29,854 bases of DNA from a virus (lineage: Duplodnaviria > Caudoviricetes). The stretch's first letter is position 1, and every line of letters begins with the position of its first letter. The notes beneath the pieces were generated by a model that worked only from the letters and a program-made list of their open reading frames with translations, had not been told where the DNA came from and searched no databases. The stretch covers positions 1 through 29,854 of the IMG/VR virus record IMGVR_UViG_3300043406_000106. One strand, 5' to 3'. The position numbers and the translations under genes were made by a program. Below, in pieces: positions 8,676-16,832 of the stretch.

Positions 8676-8695
8676 TTTCCGCGAAGGAAATTCCC

Positions 8696-9154
8696 ATGCT
8701 TCCTCAGACGAAGGCCGCAGTGGCCATCAATGCCGTTTCGGCGACCGCCGCCGGCACTGTCACTTCGAGCGTGGTCGACACGCTCGGTTACGATTGGGCG
8801 ACCATCGATGTCTGGGGCACGACCCAGGCGGCGTCGACCCAGGCCGGCAGCCCCTCGGTTCTCAAGCTTCAGGAGTGCGAGAACACCACGGCGTCAAACT
8901 TCGTTGACATCACCGGCTTCCGCGGTGCGTCGGCGACGGCAACGAACGTCGACTTCCTTGTCGGCGTCGGCGTGACCTCGGGCGTGAACAACTACAAGTT
9001 CAACGTCGATCTCCGCGCACGCAAGCGTTACCTGTCCATCGTCATCTCGCCGGCGACCTCGCAGACCTTCTACGGCGTGGTCAACCTCGGCCGCGGCGAG
9101 CAGGCGCCGATCACGGCGGCGAAGGCGAACGTGCTCTCGCTGATCGAGGGCTGA
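8696..9154 (+). CDS. Probable capsid decoration or cement protein (Bbp16-like beta-sandwich)
   Basis: Directly after the capsid gene with RBS AAGGA. VDTLGYD...LKLQECE...FVDITG...KRYLSIV pattern, beta-rich. Confidence 0.65.
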   Translation: MLPQTKAAVAINAVSATAAGTVTSSVVDTLGYDWATIDVWGTTQAASTQAGSPSVLKLQECENTTASNFVDITGFRGASATATNVDFLVGVGVTSGVNNYKFNVDLRARKRYLSIVISPATSQTFYGVVNLGRGEQAPITAAKANVLSLIEG

Positions 9155-9273
9155 GCACCACCGGAGATTCCCCGTGCGGCGGGCCGACACCCGAGCCGCG
9201 GGGAACGTTGTTGCGCGCGACAGCGGCGGGGCGATGTCGGTCGCCTCGCCGCACCTCCCGACAGAGGAATCTC

Positions 9274-10461
9274 ATGACCGACATCCGCCTTGCTCTCGGC
9301 GCCGGCTCCGTTTCGCCCGCAGGCTTCACGCCTATGGGTCGCGAGCACGGCAGCGAAATCTACCCGCTGGCCTACCCCGATAATTCTGTCGACGCGATCT
9401 ATGCGTCGCACGTCCTGGAGCACTTCCACCATTGGAAGGTGGCCGACGTGGTCAAGGACTGGGCGCGCGCGCTGAAGCCCGGCGGCACGATCAAGATTGC
9501 GGTCCCTGACTTCGCCAAGATCAGCGAGGACTATCTCACCGGCAAGCCTCTGCTCAACGAGCGCGGCGAGATGATGCCGGCCGAGCACGTCTTGATGGGG
9601 GCTCAGCGAGACCCGAACGACGTCCACCATTCGATGTTCGACCGCGACCGCCTGCGCCAGGTCATGGCGGCCGCCGGGCTGATCCTGCTGCGGCCGTGGA
9701 AGTCCGAGATCGTTGACTGCGCGGCCTACGATCTCTCGCTGAATCTTGAGGGCACCAAGCCGCACATGACGGAGATCAGAGTCTCGGCCGCGATGAGCGT
9801 GCCGCGCCTCGGGTTCATGGACAATTTCTCCTGCTGCATCGACGCGCTGTTGCCGCTCAACATCCGGCTCCGTCGCCAGGGCGGCGCCTTCTGGGGCCAG
9901 GCGCTGACGAAATGCCTTGAGATCATCCTTGAGCAGGACAAGCCGGACGCGGTGCTGACGCTCGACTACGACAGCGTGTTCACCAAGGGCAACGTCGCGC
10001 ACCTCATGCAGTTGATGATGGCGCACCCGGAGGCGGATGCGATTGTCGCGCTGCAATCGTCGCGGCACATGCCGACGGCGCTGTTCACGCTGCTTGACGA
10101 GAAAGGCAAGGCGCGAGCGCAGGTCGAGCTTGGCGAGCTTGCGCCCGATCTTATGCAGGTCGCGTCGGCGCATTTCGGGCTGACGCTGATCCGCGCCGAC
10201 AAGCTGCGCGCGCTGCCGAAGCCATGGTTCATGCCGGTGCCGGACGCCAAGGGCGGCTGGTCGGATGACGGCAAGATCGATGAGGACATCCACTTCTGGG
10301 TCAAGTGGCGCGAGGCCGGCAACACGCTCTTCCTCGCGAACCGCTGCACCATCGGCCACGCCGAACTCATGGTGCGGTGGCCCGGCAAGGATCTTCAGGC
10401 GTTCTACCAGCCGATCCGCGAGTTCAACGACAAGGGCGCGCCCGAGGCGGCCTGGCGATGA
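9274..10461 (+). CDS. Class I SAM-methyltransferase-like domain fused to a GT-A (GT2-like) glycosyltransferase domain
   Basis: ATG 9274 with RBS GAGGA. N-half: LALGAG, DNSVDAIYASHVLEHF, RALKPGG. C-half: DxD in LTLDYDSVF, FGLTLI, PKPWF, DEDIHFW, IGH. Confidence 0.85.
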   Translation: MTDIRLALGAGSVSPAGFTPMGREHGSEIYPLAYPDNSVDAIYASHVLEHFHHWKVADVVKDWARALKPGGTIKIAVPDFAKISEDYLTGKPLLNERGEMMPAEHVLMGAQRDPNDVHHSMFDRDRLRQVMAAAGLILLRPWKSEIVDCAAYDLSLNLEGTKPHMTEIRVSAAMSVPRLGFMDNFSCCIDALLPLNIRLRRQGGAFWGQALTKCLEIILEQDKPDAVLTLDYDSVFTKGNVAHLMQLMMAHPEADAIVALQSSRHMPTALFTLLDEKGKARAQVELGELAPDLMQVASAHFGLTLIRADKLRALPKPWFMPVPDAKGGWSDDGKIDEDIHFWVKWREAGNTLFLANRCTIGHAELMVRWPGKDLQAFYQPIREFNDKGAPEAAWR

Positions 10462-11072
10462 CCGGCCCCTATGATTGGCTCAACGGAAAGGTGCGCAACA
10501 CCTATTCGCAATTCGGCGAGGACGGCGTCCTCGCCGCAATCTTCCAGGCCATCGGCGTCGAGAACTCGTGGTGCTTCGAGTGCGGCGCTGCGGACGGCCT
10601 GTTCTTCTCCAACACGCGGCGGCTGATCGAGGGCGGCTGGAGCGCGCTGCTCGTGGAGGCCGACCCGGAAGCGTTCACGCGCTTGCAGGCGAACAACGCG
10701 GCCTTCGCCGGCCGCGTGACCTGCGTCAACGCGCGAGTCGATGACGCGAACCGCCTGGAAGATCTGCTCACCGCCTGCGGCGCGCCGCGCCACCTTGACC
10801 TCGCCGTGATCGATGTCGACGGCCAGGACTATTACCTCTGGAACTCGATGCTGCGCTATCGCCCGCGCGTGGTGGTGATCGAGTTCGACCATACCGCGCC
10901 GGTGGAGTTTATCCCGACGGCCGGCGGCCCGGGGCAGGCCGGCTGGGCGGCGATCTCGCGCCTCGGCGCGGGGAAGTTCTACGACCTCGTCCACCACGGG
11001 TACTGCAACATGATCTTCGTCCGTCATCCGCTCGCGGGGATGATCGCCGAGGCAGGGAGGGCGCACGCATGA
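10458..11072 (+). CDS. FkbM-like SAM-dependent methyltransferase
   Basis: ATGA overlap with the previous gene. YSQFGEDG, FECGAADG..SNT, GWSALLVEAD, IDVDGQD, PRVVVIEF. Confidence 0.85.
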   Translation: MTGPYDWLNGKVRNTYSQFGEDGVLAAIFQAIGVENSWCFECGAADGLFFSNTRRLIEGGWSALLVEADPEAFTRLQANNAAFAGRVTCVNARVDDANRLEDLLTACGAPRHLDLAVIDVDGQDYYLWNSMLRYRPRVVVIEFDHTAPVEFIPTAGGPGQAGWAAISRLGAGKFYDLVHHGYCNMIFVRHPLAGMIAEAGRAHA

Positions 11073-11284
11073 CGCCACCTCGCCCTCGCCTCGTTCGCCT
11101 CCTCAAGCCCTGGCGGCTGTGGTCGCGCGGTCACGTCTTCACCGAGATGGGCGGCGCGCAGGCGCGCGACATCATCCGCACCGGCCATGCCGAATACGTG
11201 ACCGAAGACGTTCCGACGGCTCCCGTCGACCGCATCATGCGCTCCGCCGCCCGCCCGCGGCGCGTGCGCGACTCAGAGGTTTAA
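11069..11284 (+). CDS. Small phage hypothetical protein of the head region
   Basis: ATGA overlap, RBS GGAGG. VRLLKPW...GHVF...ARDIIRTGHAEYV resembles small ORFs common near capsid genes. Confidence 0.7.
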   Translation: MTPPRPRLVRLLKPWRLWSRGHVFTEMGGAQARDIIRTGHAEYVTEDVPTAPVDRIMRSAARPRRVRDSEV

Positions 11285-11288
11285 GCGC

Positions 11289-13829
11289 ATGGCCGCACGT
11301 CACCTGATCAGCGCCCGAGCTGCAAGCACGGGTCCGGGGTCGCCCCCGCCGCCGCCACCCCCGCCGCCTCCCTCGCCGCCTCCTCCGCCGCCTGGCGGCT
11401 TCATTGACATCGCCCAACTTGTCGTCGGCGGCAGCGGCGGCAACACGATCAACGGTCTGCCGATCAAATATGCTGAGTTTCCAGGGCTGGCGCTTTCGGC
11501 TCTACTCAACGGCTCGACTGTTGCACAGATTGATCGCGGCACGACTGATCTGTCTGGTGATGGGCGGTTCGCTGTCCTCTCGTGCGGCGCCCTCGCGGCT
11601 GGGACATATACTGTTTCGATCAGCACCGATGCCGAGGCAAATTCGCCGGTCAGTTTCACGGATGTCGCGGTCACGACGGTCGTCGCCAATGGCGACACGT
11701 TCACGAGCACCGCTGCAATTGCCGCGGGGCTGGTCGGCTGGGCGCGTCGCGGGCCGGTCGTATCCGAGGGCGTGTATGTACACGAAATCCCCGGCAATCA
11801 GCTGCGGGTGCGATTCCACATCTCGAAATATGCGGATGGCAAGAGCCGCACGAAGGTCTTCGTTGAGAACGCCTACAGCTTGATCGGCGCCGGGTACAAC
11901 AACGCCTTAGATGCGACCTCCGCAGAGCAACTTGTATACGACATCGACATCACGCGTGGCGCGCTCAATCAGTCGTGGACCGATGTCATTCATTGCCCGT
12001 TCTCGCGCTATCGGGCTTTTGCGCCGAGCGATCTGTTCGCATGGGGCGATGCCGAGTGCCACGCGAACGTCGTTCCGCTTTCCTGGGGTGGGACAGCTAT
12101 TGCCGGCACCGCGTCCTACTTCTGCGACAGCGGCATGTTTCAGAATTTCACTGGGCCTTTCACGCTCCAGTCGATTGCGCGACTGTCCTCGACGCAGCCT
12201 GGTAGTCCGAGCCCCGGCGATCAATACACGCCCGCCAAACCGTTTTCCAAGACCAAGCAATGGAGCGGGTCGGCCTGGTTCGTCACCGGCAACGACATCG
12301 GTTATGACGGCGGCAACATCGGACCGTTTTCTTGCCGCAACACGGCGGGCGGCGACGATGTTAGCATTGGCGTCTACCCCGAGTATGCCAAGCAAGCGCT
12401 GTTCAACTTCGACACCAGCGGCCGCTATTTGCTGGAATGGGCAGCGGGCCGGCGCCTAGAGGTGCTGGCGAACCTGCGCGACTCTGTGACGAAGAAATAC
12501 TACCGCACCGATGTTGTTGCCGGGTTCACAGGGCGCAACTATGCGCGCTTGTCGTCGCTTGCGGGGTCGAGTGCCAACCAGATAGGGGGCATCAAAGTCG
12601 CGCTGGTTCTCTCGGATTGCACGGCCGCGCAGAACAGCACGACGCTGCACAGCGACACGGGCGGCTTCACCGCGGGCATGGTTGGGATGCCGGTTTATTT
12701 TACCGGCACCGGCAACGGCAATTTCCCCGGCGAAAAGTACCGGATCATCGTCTCGCGCACCGACACGAACAACGTCGTTCTGGACTCCGCGCCATGCACC
12801 GCAGGAGCGGGCGCTAGCGGCACGATTACAGTCAATGCCCCGCTCTTTCAGCAATACTGGGAGCAGGCGCACTGGGGCGCAGAGTTCTTTCCTGCCTACA
12901 TGCTGACCGGCGAGCTGGAATATCTCGAAGGCCAGATCATGCAGGAATTGGAAAGCTGGTCGTGGTCGCCATGGGGCGACGGCGACAGCGGCAATAACGC
13001 TCACGGTCTTTATCGCGGGGGGCAATACCGACACGTTGGGCAAAACTACTGGGACCAGTATTACGACACGGGTTCCGGCGTTCCGCAGGAGCGTACGCAA
13101 GGCTGGGGCTATCGGACTACAGTGCAGACCTGTGCTGCCATGCCTGACGACGAGACGCTTACGAATGCTCTATTCGGCTGGGACAAAACGATGGTACGGG
13201 CGCGCTGGTCGAACGTCTTGACCGGGTTGAAAACCTGCTACATCGACGGCTCTACCGGGACGGGGCTGCGCTTCACTAGCTCGCCCGTCGGCGCGCGCTT
13301 TCTGGCGGCATCGCCATCGTCTTACCCAAACAACAACTGGATGCAGGGCACAATCTACGTCTCGCTCGGCATCGGCACCGACAAGGAACTGAACGAGCTA
13401 ACCGCGGACGGCCTGGCCTTCTTCGATTGGATGGCTGACGGGCAGATCGCGCTCTATACCGACACGACCGATCCGGCGATGCGCGAGTATCTGTATGGAT
13501 CGAACGGCGACATGCCGAGTACGCGGGACGGAGCGGAGATCTATTGGGGTCATCCCGGCAGCCCGTGCGTTACGTGGAAGCATGTCTACGACCGTCTCTC
13601 TGCTCTGACCCCAGGCGGATTGCCTGCTTCCACGACGGCGAACTATGCCAAGAGCGTGTGGGCGGACAGTGATTGGTCCGGCTACCGCCACGACTTCATG
13701 GCGGTGGCTGTGCAGCGTGGGCGGTCGGGCGCAACGACGGCGCACGCTTGGCTGACCGCCACGGCGCAGCATCACTTCTCAGCAGATTATTTCTACAACC
13801 GCAACCATTCCATAACGGTGCGGTCGTGA
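11289..13829 (+). CDS. Large putative virion-associated protein: polyproline linker plus possible glycan lyase/hydrolase-like domains
   Basis: 846-aa ORF with S-P10-S-P6 near the N-terminus. RFHISKY..VFVEN, AH...PAYMLTGELEYLE and QERTQGWGYRT recall alpha/alpha-toroid lyase-like proteins. The ORF is solid; the function is tentative. Confidence 0.6.
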   Translation: MAARHLISARAASTGPGSPPPPPPPPPPSPPPPPPGGFIDIAQLVVGGSGGNTINGLPIKYAEFPGLALSALLNGSTVAQIDRGTTDLSGDGRFAVLSCGALAAGTYTVSISTDAEANSPVSFTDVAVTTVVANGDTFTSTAAIAAGLVGWARRGPVVSEGVYVHEIPGNQLRVRFHISKYADGKSRTKVFVENAYSLIGAGYNNALDATSAEQLVYDIDITRGALNQSWTDVIHCPFSRYRAFAPSDLFAWGDAECHANVVPLSWGGTAIAGTASYFCDSGMFQNFTGPFTLQSIARLSSTQPGSPSPGDQYTPAKPFSKTKQWSGSAWFVTGNDIGYDGGNIGPFSCRNTAGGDDVSIGVYPEYAKQALFNFDTSGRYLLEWAAGRRLEVLANLRDSVTKKYYRTDVVAGFTGRNYARLSSLAGSSANQIGGIKVALVLSDCTAAQNSTTLHSDTGGFTAGMVGMPVYFTGTGNGNFPGEKYRIIVSRTDTNNVVLDSAPCTAGAGASGTITVNAPLFQQYWEQAHWGAEFFPAYMLTGELEYLEGQIMQELESWSWSPWGDGDSGNNAHGLYRGGQYRHVGQNYWDQYYDTGSGVPQERTQGWGYRTTVQTCAAMPDDETLTNALFGWDKTMVRARWSNVLTGLKTCYIDGSTGTGLRFTSSPVGARFLAASPSSYPNNNWMQGTIYVSLGIGTDKELNELTADGLAFFDWMADGQIALYTDTTDPAMREYLYGSNGDMPSTRDGAEIYWGHPGSPCVTWKHVYDRLSALTPGGLPASTTANYAKSVWADSDWSGYRHDFMAVAVQRGRSGATTAHAWLTATAQHHFSADYFYNRNHSITVRS

Positions 13830-13848
13830 CCATGACGGAGATAGGCAA

Positions 13849-14376
13849 ATGACCACAATCCTTGAGCCCAAATATACAAACGGGGTGGCGCTGACGATCA
13901 CGCTTGCCTCGCTCGCGAGCACGACGGCAGATCCGCCGGTCGGTCGCGAGAGCACGATTGTCGATAACTCCAGCACCCGCTTTCTCGACGCCATTCTGTC
14001 CGGCCAAATCACCACTGGCACCTCGCCGACCGCATCCAAGCAGATCGTGGTCTGTGTCTGGGGCATTACCTACAACGGTACGAACACCAGGCCACCCGCT
14101 GGTGTAGCAGCCACGGGCGACGCGGCCTTAACGCCTGCCTTCGCGGGCTGCATTGGCGTTCCCGGCTTGATCATGCCGGCAATCGTCATCCCGACCACGA
14201 ACACGAGTGACAAGGCATACGCCTTTGCCGGCATTTCGGTACGTCGCGCGCTCAGGCTTGATACGCTTCCCTATAAGTGGGGCGCGTTCGTCTATCACAG
14301 CACGGGCCAGAACCTAAACGCCACCGGAGGCAACCACTTCCTCGAATACACCGGCCTTCAGGTGGAGAACGTCTAG
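13849..14376 (+). CDS. Putative virion structural beta-sandwich protein
   Basis: RBS GGAG. Thr/Gly-rich beta pattern (ITLASLAS, VDNSSTRFLD, LPYKWGAFVYHSTGQ); the stop overlaps the next GTG. Confidence 0.65.
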   Translation: MTTILEPKYTNGVALTITLASLASTTADPPVGRESTIVDNSSTRFLDAILSGQITTGTSPTASKQIVVCVWGITYNGTNTRPPAGVAATGDAALTPAFAGCIGVPGLIMPAIVIPTTNTSDKAYAFAGISVRRALRLDTLPYKWGAFVYHSTGQNLNATGGNHFLEYTGLQVENV

Positions 14377-15128
14377 TGTCCCGGTATTTCGGCGCTTCAT
14401 CCTCAAACGCGCTGACGGCTACGCTTGCAGGCTTCACGTCGCCGTGTTCCATCGGCCTTTGGATGAACCCCGATTTCAACAACAACGACAACTCCGTTGA
14501 TCGTTATTTTTGGTCGATGGGCTCGAACAATGCCGAGTTTCGTAAATTCTCGGACGGAAATATTTATCTCGGAAATACCGGGCTTCGCATTGTTATTTCG
14601 GCTACCACGGCGATGCGCCTGGGTTATTGGCAGTTTCACCTGCTCACGGTCGACGCAACCGGCGCGCAGTTCTATTATGTGGACAACGTATTGGTAGGAT
14701 CGACTGCGGCAGCCGGATGGTCCAACGAAACCGCGCTCACGATTGGCAATAACGCGGGAACGACAGTCGGCTCGCAGGCTTGGATACGTGGCGTGATCCT
14801 CATCAACCAGTACGTGACGCAGCAAGCCGAGATGGACCGTCTGGCGTTCGATCCACGCTCTTGGCCGCGCTCACAGGTGGTTGCGGGCTATGACCTGGAA
14901 GGCCCATCCGGTGAATTGGACTGGGGGCCGAACGCCTCTAACCTGACGAACAGCGGATCACTGCCGTCAACGCAGGAGCCGTTCATTCTCAACTATGGGC
15001 GCGATATTTGGCTGGCGCCTTCCGCGACCAGCCCGCCTCCTCCACCGCCTCCGCCTGCGGGCGGTGGCTCCGCGTTCAAGCGCTTGAGCGGCGTGCCGTT
15101 CATCCATAAAATCCCAGGAGTCTGGTAA
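14376..15128 (+). CDS. LamG/concanavalin A-like lectin domain protein with C-terminal S-P8 linker
   Basis: GTG 14376 overlaps the previous TAG. SIGLWM, WQFHLLTVD, YYVDNVLVG, LTIGN pattern of LamG-like folds. Confidence 0.75.
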   Translation: MSRYFGASSSNALTATLAGFTSPCSIGLWMNPDFNNNDNSVDRYFWSMGSNNAEFRKFSDGNIYLGNTGLRIVISATTAMRLGYWQFHLLTVDATGAQFYYVDNVLVGSTAAAGWSNETALTIGNNAGTTVGSQAWIRGVILINQYVTQQAEMDRLAFDPRSWPRSQVVAGYDLEGPSGELDWGPNASNLTNSGSLPSTQEPFILNYGRDIWLAPSATSPPPPPPPPAGGGSAFKRLSGVPFIHKIPGVW

Positions 15129-16613
15129 ATGGCCGAAGTCACCGCGATGCGGAACAACGCGTTGCCGTACCCCATCTATGGGGCGCCGTGGACGCTGACC
15201 TTCCCGATCCTCGACAACACCGGACAGGTGGTCGCGGGTGCCGCCGGCCTCGACAGCGAGGTGTCGCTGAATGGCGACACGGCCGCCGACTGCACGAACG
15301 AAGCGACGCAGATCGCGACGAGCACCGGCGAGTACTATCTAACGCTGACCGGCGCCGAGATGACGGCAGATATCGTCACCGGCATCACCAAGACCAGCAC
15401 GACCGACGCGAAGCCGGCAGCGTGGGCGCTCTACCCGCGCAAGCTCATCACGCTGCGCTCCGGGACAAGCGCGGCCGGTGCTGCCGGCACCATCACGCTC
15501 GACAGCGGCGCCAGCGCGGTCGACGACTTTTACAACGGCTGCGTCATCATCGCCACGCTCGACGGCTCGGTCGAGGTGCGCGTGATCGCCGACTACGTCG
15601 GCTCGACCAAGGTCGCGTCGGTCACGCCGAACTGGAACACCACCCCCGACGCCGACGACACGTTCGTCATAAAGATCCCCGAGGGTCGCCACATCCAGCA
15701 GATTCTGCCCGTGGCGCCCGTGCATATGGGGCACTACGTCGTCCGCGAGGACACGGCGAGCCAGGAGGTGATTTTTGGCCCGCTCTACACGGTCGCGACC
15801 GGCGAGCCCTACACTGGGTCAATCGCGAATACCGACATCAAGGTGTGGAAAGAAGGTGGCACCACCGAGGCGTCCAAGAACTCGGGCGGCGCGACCCACA
15901 TTTCCGAGGGCCGCTTCTATGCCGTGTTCGATGCAACCGACTTCGACACGGCTGGCAAGGCGCGCGCCACCGTCTCAATCGCCGGCGTGCAGCAGGGCTA
16001 CCTGACGTTCGACGTTCTTCCGACCACGGCCGCCGCTGCGGTCTACGATGGCACGACGCTGGGCGTGGACGTCACGAAGTGGAACGGCACCACGGTCGCG
16101 ACGCCGACCGTCGCAGGCGTCCCCGAGATCGACGTGACGCATTGGAACGGCACCGCGGTCGCGACGCCGACCGTCGCAGGCGTTCCCGAGATCGACGTGA
16201 CGCATTGGAACGGCACCGCGGTCGCGTCTCCGAACACCGCCGGCTATCCGGTGGTGACCGTCAAGGATGGCACGGGTACGGGCGAGATCGACACGAGCGC
16301 CGGCGGGGTCTCGATCTCCGCGGCGAGCATCCGGTATGCCATCGGCATGGCATCCGCCAATCTCGACACGCAGTTGGATGCCTTGCCCACCGCCACGGAG
16401 AACGCCGCGGCGCTGCTCGACCTGACGGACGGCGTTGAGAGCGGGCTCACATTGCGCCAGGCGCAGCGCCTGTTCGCTGCTGCGTTGGCCGGCGTGCTCT
16501 CGGGCGCCGCGACGTCGACCATCCTGATCAAGGGCGCTGGTATCGGTACGACCCGCATTCAGGCGACTGTCGACGCGGACGGCAACCGTTCCGCTGTCGT
16601 GCTGACGCCCTAA
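15129..16613 (+). CDS. Virion fibre or appendage protein with internal 21-aa repeats
   Basis: Thr/Ala/Gly-rich. TITLDSGASAVDDFYNG module, DVTHWNGTAVATPTVAGVPEI repeats, C-terminal TLRQAQRL...RIQATVDADGNR domain. Confidence 0.75.
   Translation: MAEVTAMRNNALPYPIYGAPWTLTFPILDNTGQVVAGAAGLDSEVSLNGDTAADCTNEATQIATSTGEYYLTLTGAEMTADIVTGITKTSTTDAKPAAWALYPRKLITLRSGTSAAGAAGTITLDSGASAVDDFYNGCVIIATLDGSVEVRVIADYVGSTKVASVTPNWNTTPDADDTFVIKIPEGRHIQQILPVAPVHMGHYVVREDTASQEVIFGPLYTVATGEPYTGSIANTDIKVWKEGGTTEASKNSGGATHISEGRFYAVFDATDFDTAGKARATVSIAGVQQGYLTFDVLPTTAAAAVYDGTTLGVDVTKWNGTTVATPTVAGVPEIDVTHWNGTAVATPTVAGVPEIDVTHWNGTAVASPNTAGYPVVTVKDGTGTGEIDTSAGGVSISAASIRYAIGMASANLDTQLDALPTATENAAALLDLTDGVESGLTLRQAQRLFAAALAGVLSGAATSTILIKGAGIGTTRIQATVDADGNRSAVVLTP
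16068..16250 (+). repeat. 63-bp coding tandem repeat, about 3 copies
   Basis: Units start at 16068, 16131 and 16194 (gacgt(c/g)acg...tggaacggcacc...gtcgcg). Confidence 0.9.
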
Positions 16614-16759
16614 TGTTCGCCGCTCACTTCTTCGCCGCGCGAATGTTCGCGCGGCGATACTTCGCTGCGTTCGGCGGTGGGCGTCACAGGGCGACGGCGC
16701 GCACCGGCGGCGCGGTCACGCGCGGGGGCGGCAGTCAAGGACGCGCGGTCGCGCGTTAA
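16613..16759 (+). CDS. 48-aa peptide with triplicated F-x-x-x-[FMY]-F motif
   Basis: Not in the ORF track. TAATG overlap with the fibre gene. MFAAHFFAARMFARRYFAAFGGGRHRATARTGGAVTRGGGSQGRAVAR*; the same motif opens the ORF at 27478. Confidence 0.7.
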   Translation: MFAAHFFAARMFARRYFAAFGGGRHRATARTGGAVTRGGGSQGRAVAR

Positions 16760-16832
16760 GCCAAATCCGGCAGATCGGAAATGAACGGGCGGTCCCTTGG
16801 GGCCGCCCGTTCGCATTTGGAGGGCGGCCCCA

